From the IMG/VR virus record IMGVR_UViG_3300031965_000020, positions 3,529 to 67,528 of that record: a stretch of DNA of 64,000 bases; one strand, written 5' to 3'. The position numbers were made by a program, and so were the translations under genes. This DNA is from a virus. Lineage: Duplodnaviria; Caudoviricetes. Under the pieces are notes generated by a model. It worked only from the letters and a program-made list of their open reading frames with translations. It was not told the DNA's origin and made no database searches. This document shows positions 45,653 through 53,952 of this stretch, one piece after another. Position 1 is the first letter of the stretch; every line of letters begins with the position of its first letter.

Positions 45653-46084
45653 ATGTCAGAGAATTCAAGTAATACTTTCGAGCCAATTGTCCCAGTCGCA
45701 GCCGTCGAGCAAGTCGCCGACCAGTCTCTCGCTATCGGTAGCACCTCGCAGCGCTATCAGCGACGACCAGCCGTCGTCACGGCAATCCAGTGGACCGGCG
45801 ATAACTTGCAAGCCGTCCAGCAGTTCTGCCTACCGCAGTCGCCGATGACCCACGGCGAGCAGGATCTAGCCGTCCAAGTCGTCGATCGTTTCAGCATGAA
45901 GAAGTACCCCAACCTCGGCCGGCAGCTGAAGATGGAGTTTGTCTCGCGTGGTAATTGGCTAGTAGTGGGCTGGGACGACGGCGAGCTGGGGGTCGTGGGA
46001 GCGGAGGAGTTTGCGACGGAGTATCACCCAGTGGCGGCTGAGCCGCAGGCGCTGGCGGCAGGCGAGAGCGACCCGAGAGATTGA
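45653..46084 (+). CDS. Hypothetical phage protein (AIQWTGDN family)
   Basis: RYQRRPAVVTAIQWTGDNL...GNWLV...EEFATEY; AAGGAG SD. Confidence 0.7.
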   Translation: MSENSSNTFEPIVPVAAVEQVADQSLAIGSTSQRYQRRPAVVTAIQWTGDNLQAVQQFCLPQSPMTHGEQDLAVQVVDRFSMKKYPNLGRQLKMEFVSRGNWLVVGWDDGELGVVGAEEFATEYHPVAAEPQALAAGESDPRD

Positions 46085-46089
46085 CGATC

Positions 46090-46455
46090 ATGTCGACCCT
46101 GCGCCCGACCTTATACACTACAAACGAGCCTGCACTGTACGACGGCACGGCCTACCTTGCGATCTACAACGCGGTCAAGGAGCAGCCCGGCTTGTTGCAC
46201 GGGAAACTGAAGAACGGCAAAGGGGACTACTGCGCGATTGGAAGTTACTTCGCGCTGCCGTCGCATCTGGCGCTGCCGAATACGCTGATCGACGAGGTTG
46301 CAGCAATCAACGACTCGGCGCCACGGCTGACGCCGCGCCAGCGTAAGCGGATGGTCTTGCGTTGGCTGCGGTGGAAGCTGGCTGAGGCAGGCATGCCAGG
46401 ATATCGCGCGGCGAAGCAGAAACGTGTGAAACGTGCGGCTGTTCCGCGAGGTTGA
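46090..46455 (+). CDS. Hypothetical protein
   Basis: GLLHGKLK...YCAIGSY...AAINDS. Confidence 0.6.
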   Translation: MSTLRPTLYTTNEPALYDGTAYLAIYNAVKEQPGLLHGKLKNGKGDYCAIGSYFALPSHLALPNTLIDEVAAINDSAPRLTPRQRKRMVLRWLRWKLAEAGMPGYRAAKQKRVKRAAVPRG

Positions 46456-46461
46456 TGACAC

Positions 46462-46695
46462 ATGCGCTGGCGATTGCCGTGGCCCTGGTCGAGCAGTCGG
46501 CGGCCAGTAGAGCCTGTAGAGTTCGTCGACACCGCCGAGCACGAACGCCGTCGGCTCATTCGCGAGGCGGAGTATCAGCAAGCGCTCGATGCACAGGCGA
46601 AGATTCTGCGCGTGAGCGGGAAGGTCGAGGGGGAGCGGCGACAGGTCGCAGGAGTGGTGCGGATCGTGCGGGTGGTGAAGGGGGAGGAGTTGTGA
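46462..46695 (+). CDS. Hypothetical protein
   Basis: 77 aa. Confidence 0.55.
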   Translation: MRWRLPWPWSSSRRPVEPVEFVDTAEHERRRLIREAEYQQALDAQAKILRVSGKVEGERRQVAGVVRIVRVVKGEEL

Positions 46696-46997
46696 GCGAG
46701 GCGCGAATTTCAGGAGCCGGAGCGATGAAGCTGAGCGATCCTGCCACCCTGCGGCAGCTAGCCGAGGACATCCGAATCGGCATACGCCCGTTTCCTCTGG
46801 TCTGGACAGAGGCCATTACGGCGCTCCGAGAGGCCGCAGACGCCCTGGAATATTGGCAATCGTTATTCGAGCAGGTAGATCGACTGAATACGATCAATCG
46901 TACTCGCGCTGAAGCGGCTGAATCCGCGCTTGCCGCGATGCGTGCCGAGCGTGACGCGCTGCTGAAACAGATCGAGGCCCAGGAGCCGACGCGATGA
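46692..46997 (+). CDS. Hypothetical coiled-coil protein
   Basis: GGAGGAG SD, GTGA coupling; ALREAADALE, RAEAAESALAAMRAERD. Confidence 0.65.
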   Translation: MSEARISGAGAMKLSDPATLRQLAEDIRIGIRPFPLVWTEAITALREAADALEYWQSLFEQVDRLNTINRTRAEAAESALAAMRAERDALLKQIEAQEPTR

Positions 46998-47170
46998 CTC
47001 CTCCTAGGGGCGCTGGTCGTCGTCTAGCGTGCTCCTTGCTGCTGTCCACTGTGGCCGCAGTGGCCCTGAGTATAGCCTTCCCCGCGATGGATGCGTGGCA
47101 GAAACCGTGGCTGATCGTCTGCATTATCTGTAATGTGCTGCTGATCGTGGTGAACGAGCAACCCTTATGA
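46994..47170 (+). CDS. 58-aa two-TM membrane protein
   Basis: Hand translation MTPPRGAGRRLACSLLLSTVAAVALSIAFPAMDAWQKPWLIVCIICNVLLIVV; ATGA coupling. Confidence 0.55.
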   Translation: MTPPRGAGRRLACSLLLSTVAAVALSIAFPAMDAWQKPWLIVCIICNVLLIVVNEQPL

Positions 47171-47268
47171 CACCTGACGACCCACCTCTGCAGAGCTACG
47201 ACGATCGCCAGCGCGACGCCAAGCGTGCGGTGTGCCCATTCGAAAGTCTGAGCAAAAGCTGCTGATCG

Positions 47269-49563
47269 ATGGCTAACCAGAATCCCCGTTATCCGCGCCC
47301 GGCTGGCTGCTCCGGCTGCTCCCTTGAGCACAACGGCTTCGGCTTCGTGCCTCCGGCGGGTCCAACCGACGCGCGGCTCATCCTCATTGGCGAATCGGCC
47401 GGCTGGGAGGAAGCAATCTCTGGCGAGCCGTTCTACGGGGCAGCTGGCGGGACGTTGTCGCGCTTGTTGGTGCGGGCGGGGATCGACCGCCGTCACGCAC
47501 GCATCGCGAACACAATCGCGTGCCGTCCGCCGGGCGATTACCTCGTCGGCGCCCCGTGGGAGGAGCACGCCATCGCACAATGCCGGCAATATCTCGATCC
47601 GGTGCTTGCCGCGGTGCCTGACAACGCAGTCGTCGTCCCGCTGGGCGCCACCGCGCTGACGACAGTCCTCGGATTACGCGGCGTGCCGGGCGTCAGCGTC
47701 AAGGATTTCCACGGGACGGTGTCGAGGTCAGTTGATGACCGCTACTGGGTCGTACCAACGTTTCACCCATCGCACCTGCAACGTGGCGCGATGAATTTGA
47801 TTGAAGTCGTCAGCCAGGATTTGCGACTGGCAGATCGGATTGGGCAGCGTGGGTTTGTTAGATCGCATTCTGAACTCGTCGTCGATCCTCATCCTGATTG
47901 GCTTCGCATGTGGGTTGGCCGGTATCTGCGCGATCTGGCTGGCGATCCGGAGACACACCACCTCGCTCTCGACACCGAGTTCGCCGAAAAATCCGGCGGA
48001 GCCGATGAATCTGAAGTTGTGCTCGGCGATGGTTCTTCACCCATCACCAGAGTCAATGGGGGACGGGATGCTCATACAGGGTGGACTGTACCTTATCGCC
48101 AACCGTACATCGCGATCCTTGAAGATCTCCTACGCGGAGTTGGTGGACAGCAGGGGTGGCTCTGGCTCTGGAATAAGTACGCAGACCTTGATCATCTCCG
48201 ACGTGCCGGACATGCCCTGACGGGCATTCAAGCCATCGACGCGATGTGGCTGTGGCATTACCTGCAGAGCGATTTACCACGCGGGTTGGGGTTTGTAGCC
48301 CCGATGGCTAGCGACTTCGGCGCGTGGAAGCACTGGGGCAAGGACAAGTCTCGTGAGGGCGAATACGCGGCTGCGGATGGCCAGCAGACTTGGCGTACAT
48401 CCATGTGGTTGTTGAAGGCGGCGATCGATCAGGGGATTTGGGAGATATTTTTAACTGATTGGCACGAGCGGGATGAATATGTGCTGCGGCCGGCGCATGA
48501 GCTGGGCACGCCGGTGAATAGAACCGCGCTGGTGGCGTTCCATGCGGAGCTGCAGCGGAAGCTGGCGTCGGTGCTAGAGCGGATCAAACTGACGGCTGCG
48601 CAGGGGGTGTTGAAACCTAAATTGGGGTATCGCAAGCGGCCGATGAAGACGTGCAGTGTGTGCGGCGGGAACGGTCGTATCCTCGTCGAAGGTGATTACA
48701 TCATCCGCGTGGGGCGGGGTAAGGGCTACGACGATATTGAGGGCATTGTTGCGTGCTTGTCGTGCAAGGGGGAAGGAAATCTACCTGCGCCGGTGCCTGC
48801 ATCTGTACTAGGCAAATTGACCGCCGGTGACGCCAAGGCGACCTACATGCTGGAAGGGGTGAAGCTTGTCGAACGTGAAGTCGAAGCGGACGTCACCGTC
48901 TGTGATAGCTGCGGAGCTGCGTGTGTTACACAATCGCATCGTTGTCCTCGACCGAAAGGTCCAAAGCGACCTCGGGCTGCTCGTCGCAAGAGTCGAGTCA
49001 ATGACGCAGGTGCTGTCGACGTTCATCAATCGAGTAGACACGTTGACGAACACGACAACCAACCTGCTCGACCACACGCAGCGTTTCGTGTGGAACGCCG
49101 TGCAGTCACTCGCTACTTCTGGCAACTCCCCTTCAACCCCGACGCGCCCGCGCAAATCCTCGCCTATCTCGCGAGTCAAAACATCGCCGCGCCCGTCGAC
49201 AAGAAAACCAAGCGCGCCACGACCAACAAGAAAGCGCTCGATGCGCTGAAGGCGCAGCATAGAGACGACCCCTTCTTCCAGTTGCAGATGGATTGGAAAG
49301 CGGTGCAGAAGGTGGATAGCGTGTATGCCGTAGGCAGTCTAGCCAAGCTCGACGATGACGACCGTTTGCATCCTGAGTTTTTGCCAAAGCCGTCGACCTT
49401 CCGCGATAGCTGCCAGAATCCGAACTTGCAGAACGTGGTCGCCGACAAGGCTGGGGCTGAGGGGTTAGCCGCAGGGTTCAGGCGCTGCATCGAGGCGAGA
49501 GACGGCGCGCCTGCGGGGACGACTGAGGATATGCTCCGCGCGTGGAGGAGTCGATGGACGTGA
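47269..49563 (+). CDS. polA: DNA polymerase A, N-terminal part: family 4 UDG domain, 3'-5' exonuclease, thumb
   Basis: CSGCSL...ILIGESAGWEE..SGEPFYGAAG, NTIACRPP, PTFHPS (UDG4); ALDTE, WNKYAD, YAAADG (Exo I-III); FNP, RLHPEF, NPNLQN (PolA). Confidence 0.9.
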   Translation: MANQNPRYPRPAGCSGCSLEHNGFGFVPPAGPTDARLILIGESAGWEEAISGEPFYGAAGGTLSRLLVRAGIDRRHARIANTIACRPPGDYLVGAPWEEHAIAQCRQYLDPVLAAVPDNAVVVPLGATALTTVLGLRGVPGVSVKDFHGTVSRSVDDRYWVVPTFHPSHLQRGAMNLIEVVSQDLRLADRIGQRGFVRSHSELVVDPHPDWLRMWVGRYLRDLAGDPETHHLALDTEFAEKSGGADESEVVLGDGSSPITRVNGGRDAHTGWTVPYRQPYIAILEDLLRGVGGQQGWLWLWNKYADLDHLRRAGHALTGIQAIDAMWLWHYLQSDLPRGLGFVAPMASDFGAWKHWGKDKSREGEYAAADGQQTWRTSMWLLKAAIDQGIWEIFLTDWHERDEYVLRPAHELGTPVNRTALVAFHAELQRKLASVLERIKLTAAQGVLKPKLGYRKRPMKTCSVCGGNGRILVEGDYIIRVGRGKGYDDIEGIVACLSCKGEGNLPAPVPASVLGKLTAGDAKATYMLEGVKLVEREVEADVTVCDSCGAACVTQSHRCPRPKGPKRPRAARRKSRVNDAGAVDVHQSSRHVDEHDNQPARPHAAFRVERRAVTRYFWQLPFNPDAPAQILAYLASQNIAAPVDKKTKRATTNKKALDALKAQHRDDPFFQLQMDWKAVQKVDSVYAVGSLAKLDDDDRLHPEFLPKPSTFRDSCQNPNLQNVVADKAGAEGLAAGFRRCIEARDGAPAGTTEDMLRAWRSRWT
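48866..49249 (+). CDS. Overprinted coiled-coil protein nested in +1 frame of polA
   Basis: 127 aa; heptad pattern; hand count GC3 53/70 in this frame versus 24/70 in the pol frame over 48901-49111. Confidence 0.55.
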   Translation: MSNVKSKRTSPSVIAAELRVLHNRIVVLDRKVQSDLGLLVARVESMTQVLSTFINRVDTLTNTTTNLLDHTQRFVWNAVQSLATSGNSPSTPTRPRKSSPISRVKTSPRPSTRKPSAPRPTRKRSMR

Positions 49564-49817
49564 TTGCACGCAAGGCGACGTTACTCAAGATGCCATTCGC
49601 GACGAGGCACTTCAATGCCAATCAGCGCGTGTGGGTGCTCGTCATTCGCTATCGGGCTGTGTACTGTATTGGCAAGTTTCGTGGCAGCGGGCGCTATGTC
49701 AAGGCGTGGGTTCACTGGAAAGGGAACATACCACTGCCGCTGAATGACATCGTGGTCACACGCGCATTCGCAGAACGGCTACATCTCTCGTCTGCGTTTG
49801 GGACGGACAATGGCTGA
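49554..49817 (+). CDS. Hypothetical protein inserted between polA halves
   Basis: GGAGGAG SD; GKFRGSGRYVKAWV. Confidence 0.65.
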   Translation: MDVIARKATLLKMPFATRHFNANQRVWVLVIRYRAVYCIGKFRGSGRYVKAWVHWKGNIPLPLNDIVVTRAFAERLHLSSAFGTDNG

Positions 49818-50268
49818 CTTAATCTCCCCCAAAGCCCTCAGCAACAAATTCTTCATCAATAGCCTAGCGGCTGGCCGCGGCATGCAAGCGCTGATGCGCG
49901 GCCAGATCATCGGCCCAATCGGCGTCGAGTTCAGCCCGTTCTATCTGTGCCGTGTGTTCCCAGCCGATGACGACGAGATCGAGATCTCGACCGAAACAGT
50001 CCTCGCGCTGGAGCAACTCGTCGGCGTCTATTTCTACGATGACCGGCAGACGCTTGACGTGGCATGGTCGCTGGTACAGCGCAAGATCGCCGTGCACGCC
50101 GCCAAGCAGCGCCGGGAGCGGAAAGCATTAGCAAAGAAGCAGATCGCCGAGATCACCGACACGCTGAAGCGCCAGGGGATCAACGTGGTCAAGGAGGAGG
50201 AGATCAAGGATTACGTCTCGCTGCGTGGTGGGGCGATTGCGGAGCAGGCGGAGGCGGATGACGATTGA
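49810..50268 (+). CDS. Hypothetical protein inserted between polA halves
   Basis: 152 aa; strong coding bias. Confidence 0.7.
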   Translation: MADLISPKALSNKFFINSLAAGRGMQALMRGQIIGPIGVEFSPFYLCRVFPADDDEIEISTETVLALEQLVGVYFYDDRQTLDVAWSLVQRKIAVHAAKQRRERKALAKKQIAEITDTLKRQGINVVKEEEIKDYVSLRGGAIAEQAEADDD

Positions 50269-50283
50269 GGCAAAGGTGGAGCC

Positions 50284-50550
50284 ATGACAGTACGCGAATG
50301 GTATCGGATACAACGCGGTGAGCTGTGGCGGCGGGATGATGGTCTCGCTCACGACGTTGATCGCATTGCCACCTTGATCGTCCACGATCAAGGTCCACTC
50401 AAATGGACACGCGTAGGGCCTTTCCACTGGGTGGCATCGGTAGAGTCGGTCCTGGAGCGAGAGCGTGTCTTAGCGTTGGTACGAGCTGACATGGACAATG
50501 CGCTGCGGCGACTGCACCAGTTGTTCTACGCGAAGGATCTCGTCAAGTGA
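50284..50550 (+). CDS. Hypothetical protein inserted between polA halves
   Basis: 88 aa; GGAG SD. Confidence 0.6.
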   Translation: MTVREWYRIQRGELWRRDDGLAHDVDRIATLIVHDQGPLKWTRVGPFHWVASVESVLERERVLALVRADMDNALRRLHQLFYAKDLVK

Positions 50551-50572
50551 CGACTAGCAGCGGAGGCGCTGG

Positions 50573-51658
50573 GTGGGGTGGATGACGACTGAAGCGGATG
50601 TTTCCTGCCGTCTGTGCGAGTACGATTTTTCCGGGATCGAAGCCGTCCTCACAGGCATGTTCCTCTGGAAGCACGGCTTCTCCTCCGACGGTGCCAAGCA
50701 GTATATCCGCCTCGCCCGCCTTGGCATGCACGCCGCCGTCACCGCGCTCAAAGTTGGAAAACCGGTGGACTTGACATTGGCCGACGATCAGGTCAAGCCC
50801 GCCCTCGATGCGATCAAGAAAGCCTATCCCCGCGAGTACGACACATCGAAACGCACCGTCCACGCGAACAACTTCGGCATGTCGACCTATGGCATGGTCG
50901 AGAAGTTTCCTGAGTTCTTCCCAACGCTCAAGGCAGCCGAGCAGTTCCAGCGGCTGTACTACGCACTCGCACCGGATCTGCCGAAGTGGCACCACGCGCT
51001 GCGGAAGCAAGCGAGAGACGCAGGCTATCTCGGTGGCGTCGCGAAGCCCAGTATCCAGCCATCAATCTGGACACACCCCTACGGCTATCGCCACTGGTTT
51101 TGGGACGTGCAGAACTTCCAGCCCTGCAACGAGTTCACCGCTCGCAAATGGCACGCTGACCCGACTCGCGCTCATCGCATTGTCTACATGCACGGCAGGC
51201 CGTTCAAGGTGCGGCCGGGAGGTGACGCGAATCGCGTGATTGCGTTCTATCCACAGTCGACCGCGGCTGGTCGGCTCAAAGAAGTCGAGAACCGGCTGTT
51301 CCTCCCGTGGAGCGATGACTATATCGGGGATTGCTACTTCGGCCGGACGCCGCTGCTCGGGCCGATCCATGATTCGCTGCTGCTGCATGTACCGAATCGC
51401 TGCGTGGATAAAGTCACCGAGATCGTCGCGAGGGTCATGCAGGAGCCGAGTCGATACCTACCGATTCCCCCGGCATGGGGCTGGGGCGATTATTTACCGA
51501 TTGGCGTCGCGGCCAAGATCGGCCGTAACTGGGGCGAGATGGAAGACTTGAAGATTCAACAGTGGGTGCCGAGTGCGGGAGCCGATAATCCTGTCCTGCC
51601 ACGCGAGTCCGAGGGCGAATACGACGACTGGCAGGAATTGGCGAGGAGTGTGGCATGA
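50573..51658 (+). CDS. polA: DNA polymerase A, C-terminal part (palm/fingers, motifs A-C)
   Basis: Motif A YDFSGIE, motif B SKRTVHANNFGM, FYPQSTAA, motif C PIHDSLLL; own GGAGG SD; in-frame stop just upstream. Confidence 0.9.
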   Translation: MGWMTTEADVSCRLCEYDFSGIEAVLTGMFLWKHGFSSDGAKQYIRLARLGMHAAVTALKVGKPVDLTLADDQVKPALDAIKKAYPREYDTSKRTVHANNFGMSTYGMVEKFPEFFPTLKAAEQFQRLYYALAPDLPKWHHALRKQARDAGYLGGVAKPSIQPSIWTHPYGYRHWFWDVQNFQPCNEFTARKWHADPTRAHRIVYMHGRPFKVRPGGDANRVIAFYPQSTAAGRLKEVENRLFLPWSDDYIGDCYFGRTPLLGPIHDSLLLHVPNRCVDKVTEIVARVMQEPSRYLPIPPAWGWGDYLPIGVAAKIGRNWGEMEDLKIQQWVPSAGADNPVLPRESEGEYDDWQELARSVA

Positions 51659-52113
51659 AGATCGGCATTGTTGGGTCCGAAGGCGCAAAGTTCACGGCGG
51701 TCACAGAGGCAGCAGCGCGTGTATTCATCTCTACGTTGCTTGCTGATGCGGCGTTGATTGTGTCTGGTGAATGCCATCTTGGCGGCGTCGATATCTTTGC
51801 GAGGCAGGAAGCTGAGCGCGCAGGAGTCCCCTTCAAAGGCTACCCCCCGCGTCGCTTGGTCTGGGATGGCGGGTACAAACAACGCAATCTTCAGATTGCC
51901 GAGGCGAGTGATCGTGTGTACTGCATCACGCTCCGTGAACTACCAGAGACGTATGAAGGTATGCGCTTCAATGTCTGCTATCACTGTCGTCTACAGGATC
52001 ACGTCAAATCCGGTGGCTACTGGACCGTGAAGCAGGCGGTCGCGCAAGGGAAGGAAGGCCGGATTGTGATCATTGACCCGACCGGAAATCTAGTTGATCG
52101 GGCATGGCAGTGA
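51655..52113 (+). CDS. SLOG (DprA/YspA-like) family protein
   Basis: IGIVGS, IVSGECHLGGVD..A, KQRNLQIAEASD, SGGYWT. Confidence 0.7.
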   Translation: MKIGIVGSEGAKFTAVTEAAARVFISTLLADAALIVSGECHLGGVDIFARQEAERAGVPFKGYPPRRLVWDGGYKQRNLQIAEASDRVYCITLRELPETYEGMRFNVCYHCRLQDHVKSGGYWTVKQAVAQGKEGRIVIIDPTGNLVDRAWQ

Positions 52114-52222
52114 CCTACGACGATTGCCAAGTCATTCACTCCACCCTCGTCCGCTGCATCCGCTGCCGACGCTGGTGGTACATGACGTTACCGTGGCTCA
52201 TTTGCGTGGAGTGCGCGGACCA

Positions 52223-52540
52223 ATGACCCGCTACGACGGCCGCAACGGCACGATCGTCCGCGTCCTCATGCTGATGAAACACATCGAAGGGATGCGTCGC
52301 GTGAACCTGCGCGCGGCAGCGACGTACTTGAACGTCCATCCCAGGACCATTCGCCGCGATCTGATGGCACTGGAAGAGGCGGGGTATTCGGTGCCGCCGT
52401 GGCGTGTCAGCGGTGGAGAGAAGACAACGGCTTCGGCGGCTCCGGCAACTCGGGCAACTCCGCCGGGTCTACCGGCTCTGCCGGCTTCGTCGGCTGTGCC
52501 GTCAGCCCTTGGGTCGTTACCAAGCGGAGGGCCATGTTGA
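52223..52540 (+). CDS. HTH_11/DeoR-type winged-helix regulator
   Basis: LRAAATYLNVHPRTIRRDLMALEEAGY. Confidence 0.75.
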   Translation: MTRYDGRNGTIVRVLMLMKHIEGMRRVNLRAAATYLNVHPRTIRRDLMALEEAGYSVPPWRVSGGEKTTASAAPATRATPPGLPALPASSAVPSALGSLPSGGPC

Positions 52541-52727
52541 TGATCGCCGCCGCCATGACCACCTTATCCGGTGGAAGGGGCAGCACTTCCAGCAGACTGA
52601 GTCCGGCCGTCAGCAGGTTGAACCAGAGTGTTTTCGATTTCCACAGCGATTTCACGTTGGCCTCCTCGATGAGCGATACGACCGTGTTGGCTCGACGGTA
52701 TAGCTTGAGCAAGCGGAACAGATTCAC
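52407..52727 (-). CDS. Holin-like membrane protein with Pro-rich tail
   Basis: KSLWKSKTLWFN...IINMALRLVTTQ, two TM helices. Confidence 0.7.
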   Translation of the reverse strand: MNLFRLLKLYRRANTVVSLIEEANVKSLWKSKTLWFNLLTAGLSLLEVLPLPPDKVVMAAAIINMALRLVTTQGLTAQPTKPAEPVDPAELPELPEPPKPLSSLHR

Positions 52728-52752
52728 GACTGTCGGCCGGCTGGCGCCTCAA

Positions 52753-52947
52753 TCAGGGATCGCGCTGCTGTGCCGCCCAGAGAATGAAATGATTGTTGAT
52801 CGCCCGCAGATCGTTTTGCAGCAGGTCGATCGCCTTGGTCTGCAGCTCGACCCGTTCGCTCAATGTCCCGATTCGTATCCCGAAACTAAAGACGGTGGCG
52901 CCGAGTGTCAGGGCCAGGGCGAGGATAGCGACGAGTTCGCGGCTCAT
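52753..52947 (-). CDS. TM plus coiled-coil lysis-cassette protein
   Basis: LVAILALALTLGATVFSFG then heptads. Confidence 0.6.
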   Translation of the reverse strand: MSRELVAILALALTLGATVFSFGIRIGTLSERVELQTKAIDLLQNDLRAINNHFILWAAQQRDP

Positions 52948-52966
52948 TGGCTGAGGACTCCCGCCG

Positions 52967-53362
52967 TCAGGCGCGTCGAGGGGATGAGGATGGCTCAATC
53001 ACGGGGCCATGATACTCGAAATGGCCTAAATCCGGGATGGACCAGCGGCCGCCCCACCGCAGGCCGAGGGCTTCGCCGATCACGCCGATGCGCTGCCAGA
53101 TCGGATCGCTGGCCGTCCAGAGCAGCTTGTCTGGCCCGTGCGCGTCGTACTGACTGTACGGACAGATGTCAATCGCATCTCCGTCGAGGTGCTTGGATCG
53201 TGTGGTCCAGCTTACGCCCTTAGCGAGGTTGGCCGCATGCTCCGCGGGCGTTCGCAAGGTATCGATGATGAGGACCGGAATCTTGGCTTCGGTCAGCCTG
53301 GCGAGCAGCTCCACGGCCAGCGGGCGGAAGCGGGGCGAGAGATCGTCGAGTGCGCGGCTCAT
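52967..53362 (-). CDS. Endolysin, M15 family (L-Ala-D-Glu peptidase-like)
   Basis: DTLRT, SKHLDGDAIDIC, WGGRWSIPDLGHFE. Confidence 0.9.
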   Translation of the reverse strand: MSRALDDLSPRFRPLAVELLARLTEAKIPVLIIDTLRTPAEHAANLAKGVSWTTRSKHLDGDAIDICPYSQYDAHGPDKLLWTASDPIWQRIGVIGEALGLRWGGRWSIPDLGHFEYHGPVIEPSSSPRRA

Positions 53363-53667
53363 CGATGTCCTGCGTCATCTCCACCAATACCACCAGACCG
53401 CGCGTGATTGGTGCGCCCAAAGTAGAAGCCGATGACGAGGAAAAACGCATTGCTGAGCAAGAGGAACGCGGCCATTTCACCGACACCGGAGAGCGCCAGC
53501 TGCGATGAGACGTACAAGGTCGCGGTCGTCACCAGAATCGCAATCGTGGCCTGGGTATATTCCCAGACGCGGTTGATGAGGCGCTGACCGGCGAAATGAC
53601 GTGCGGTTTCACTGAGGGATTGAGATGGCGTGGATGGTGTGGAAGGCTCGGAGGACGATGACTGCAC
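53359..53667 (-). CDS. Holin-like two-TM protein
   Basis: IAILVTTATLYVSSQLAL and FLLLSNAFFLVIGFYFGR; coupled to endolysin. Confidence 0.7.
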   Translation of the reverse strand: MQSSSSEPSTPSTPSQSLSETARHFAGQRLINRVWEYTQATIAILVTTATLYVSSQLALSGVGEMAAFLLLSNAFFLVIGFYFGRTNHARSGGIGGDDAGHR

Positions 53668-53674
53668 GGGCGGC

Positions 53675-53950
53675 TTACCAGCTCCCTCGCACGATCGCCG
53701 CACCGGTCAATGACTGTCCCCAGTCCTTGCCGATCCAGGCGCCGACGACCCAGTGGTCATTTACTTTATGCGCGACAGCGGCATTCCATCCCTTGTTGCT
53801 CTTGATGTCAACGAGGAGTGTACCGTGTCCGGCAGGCAGTTGCTGCGCCATCGCCTCGACGATGCGTGTCGCGTCTGCGAGCAGTCCCATCGGCGGTGGG
53901 GTGAAGGCGACGCCTGCGACGCCGGGGGCGATCTTCGTGGTGTCCGGCAT
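53675..53950 (-). CDS. Small beta-strand-rich protein ending in Trp
   Basis: 91 aa; alternating strands HWVVGAWIGK...LTGAAIVRGSW. Confidence 0.6.
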   Translation of the reverse strand: MPDTTKIAPGVAGVAFTPPPMGLLADATRIVEAMAQQLPAGHGTLLVDIKSNKGWNAAVAHKVNDHWVVGAWIGKDWGQSLTGAAIVRGSW

Positions 53951-53952
53951 GG

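Noticed and set aside
49563-50573. Group I intron or split intein joining the PolA halves
   Set aside because: The gap is filled by three closely packed SD-bearing ORFs, with no recognisable intron core or intein termini; RT-PCR would be the definitive test
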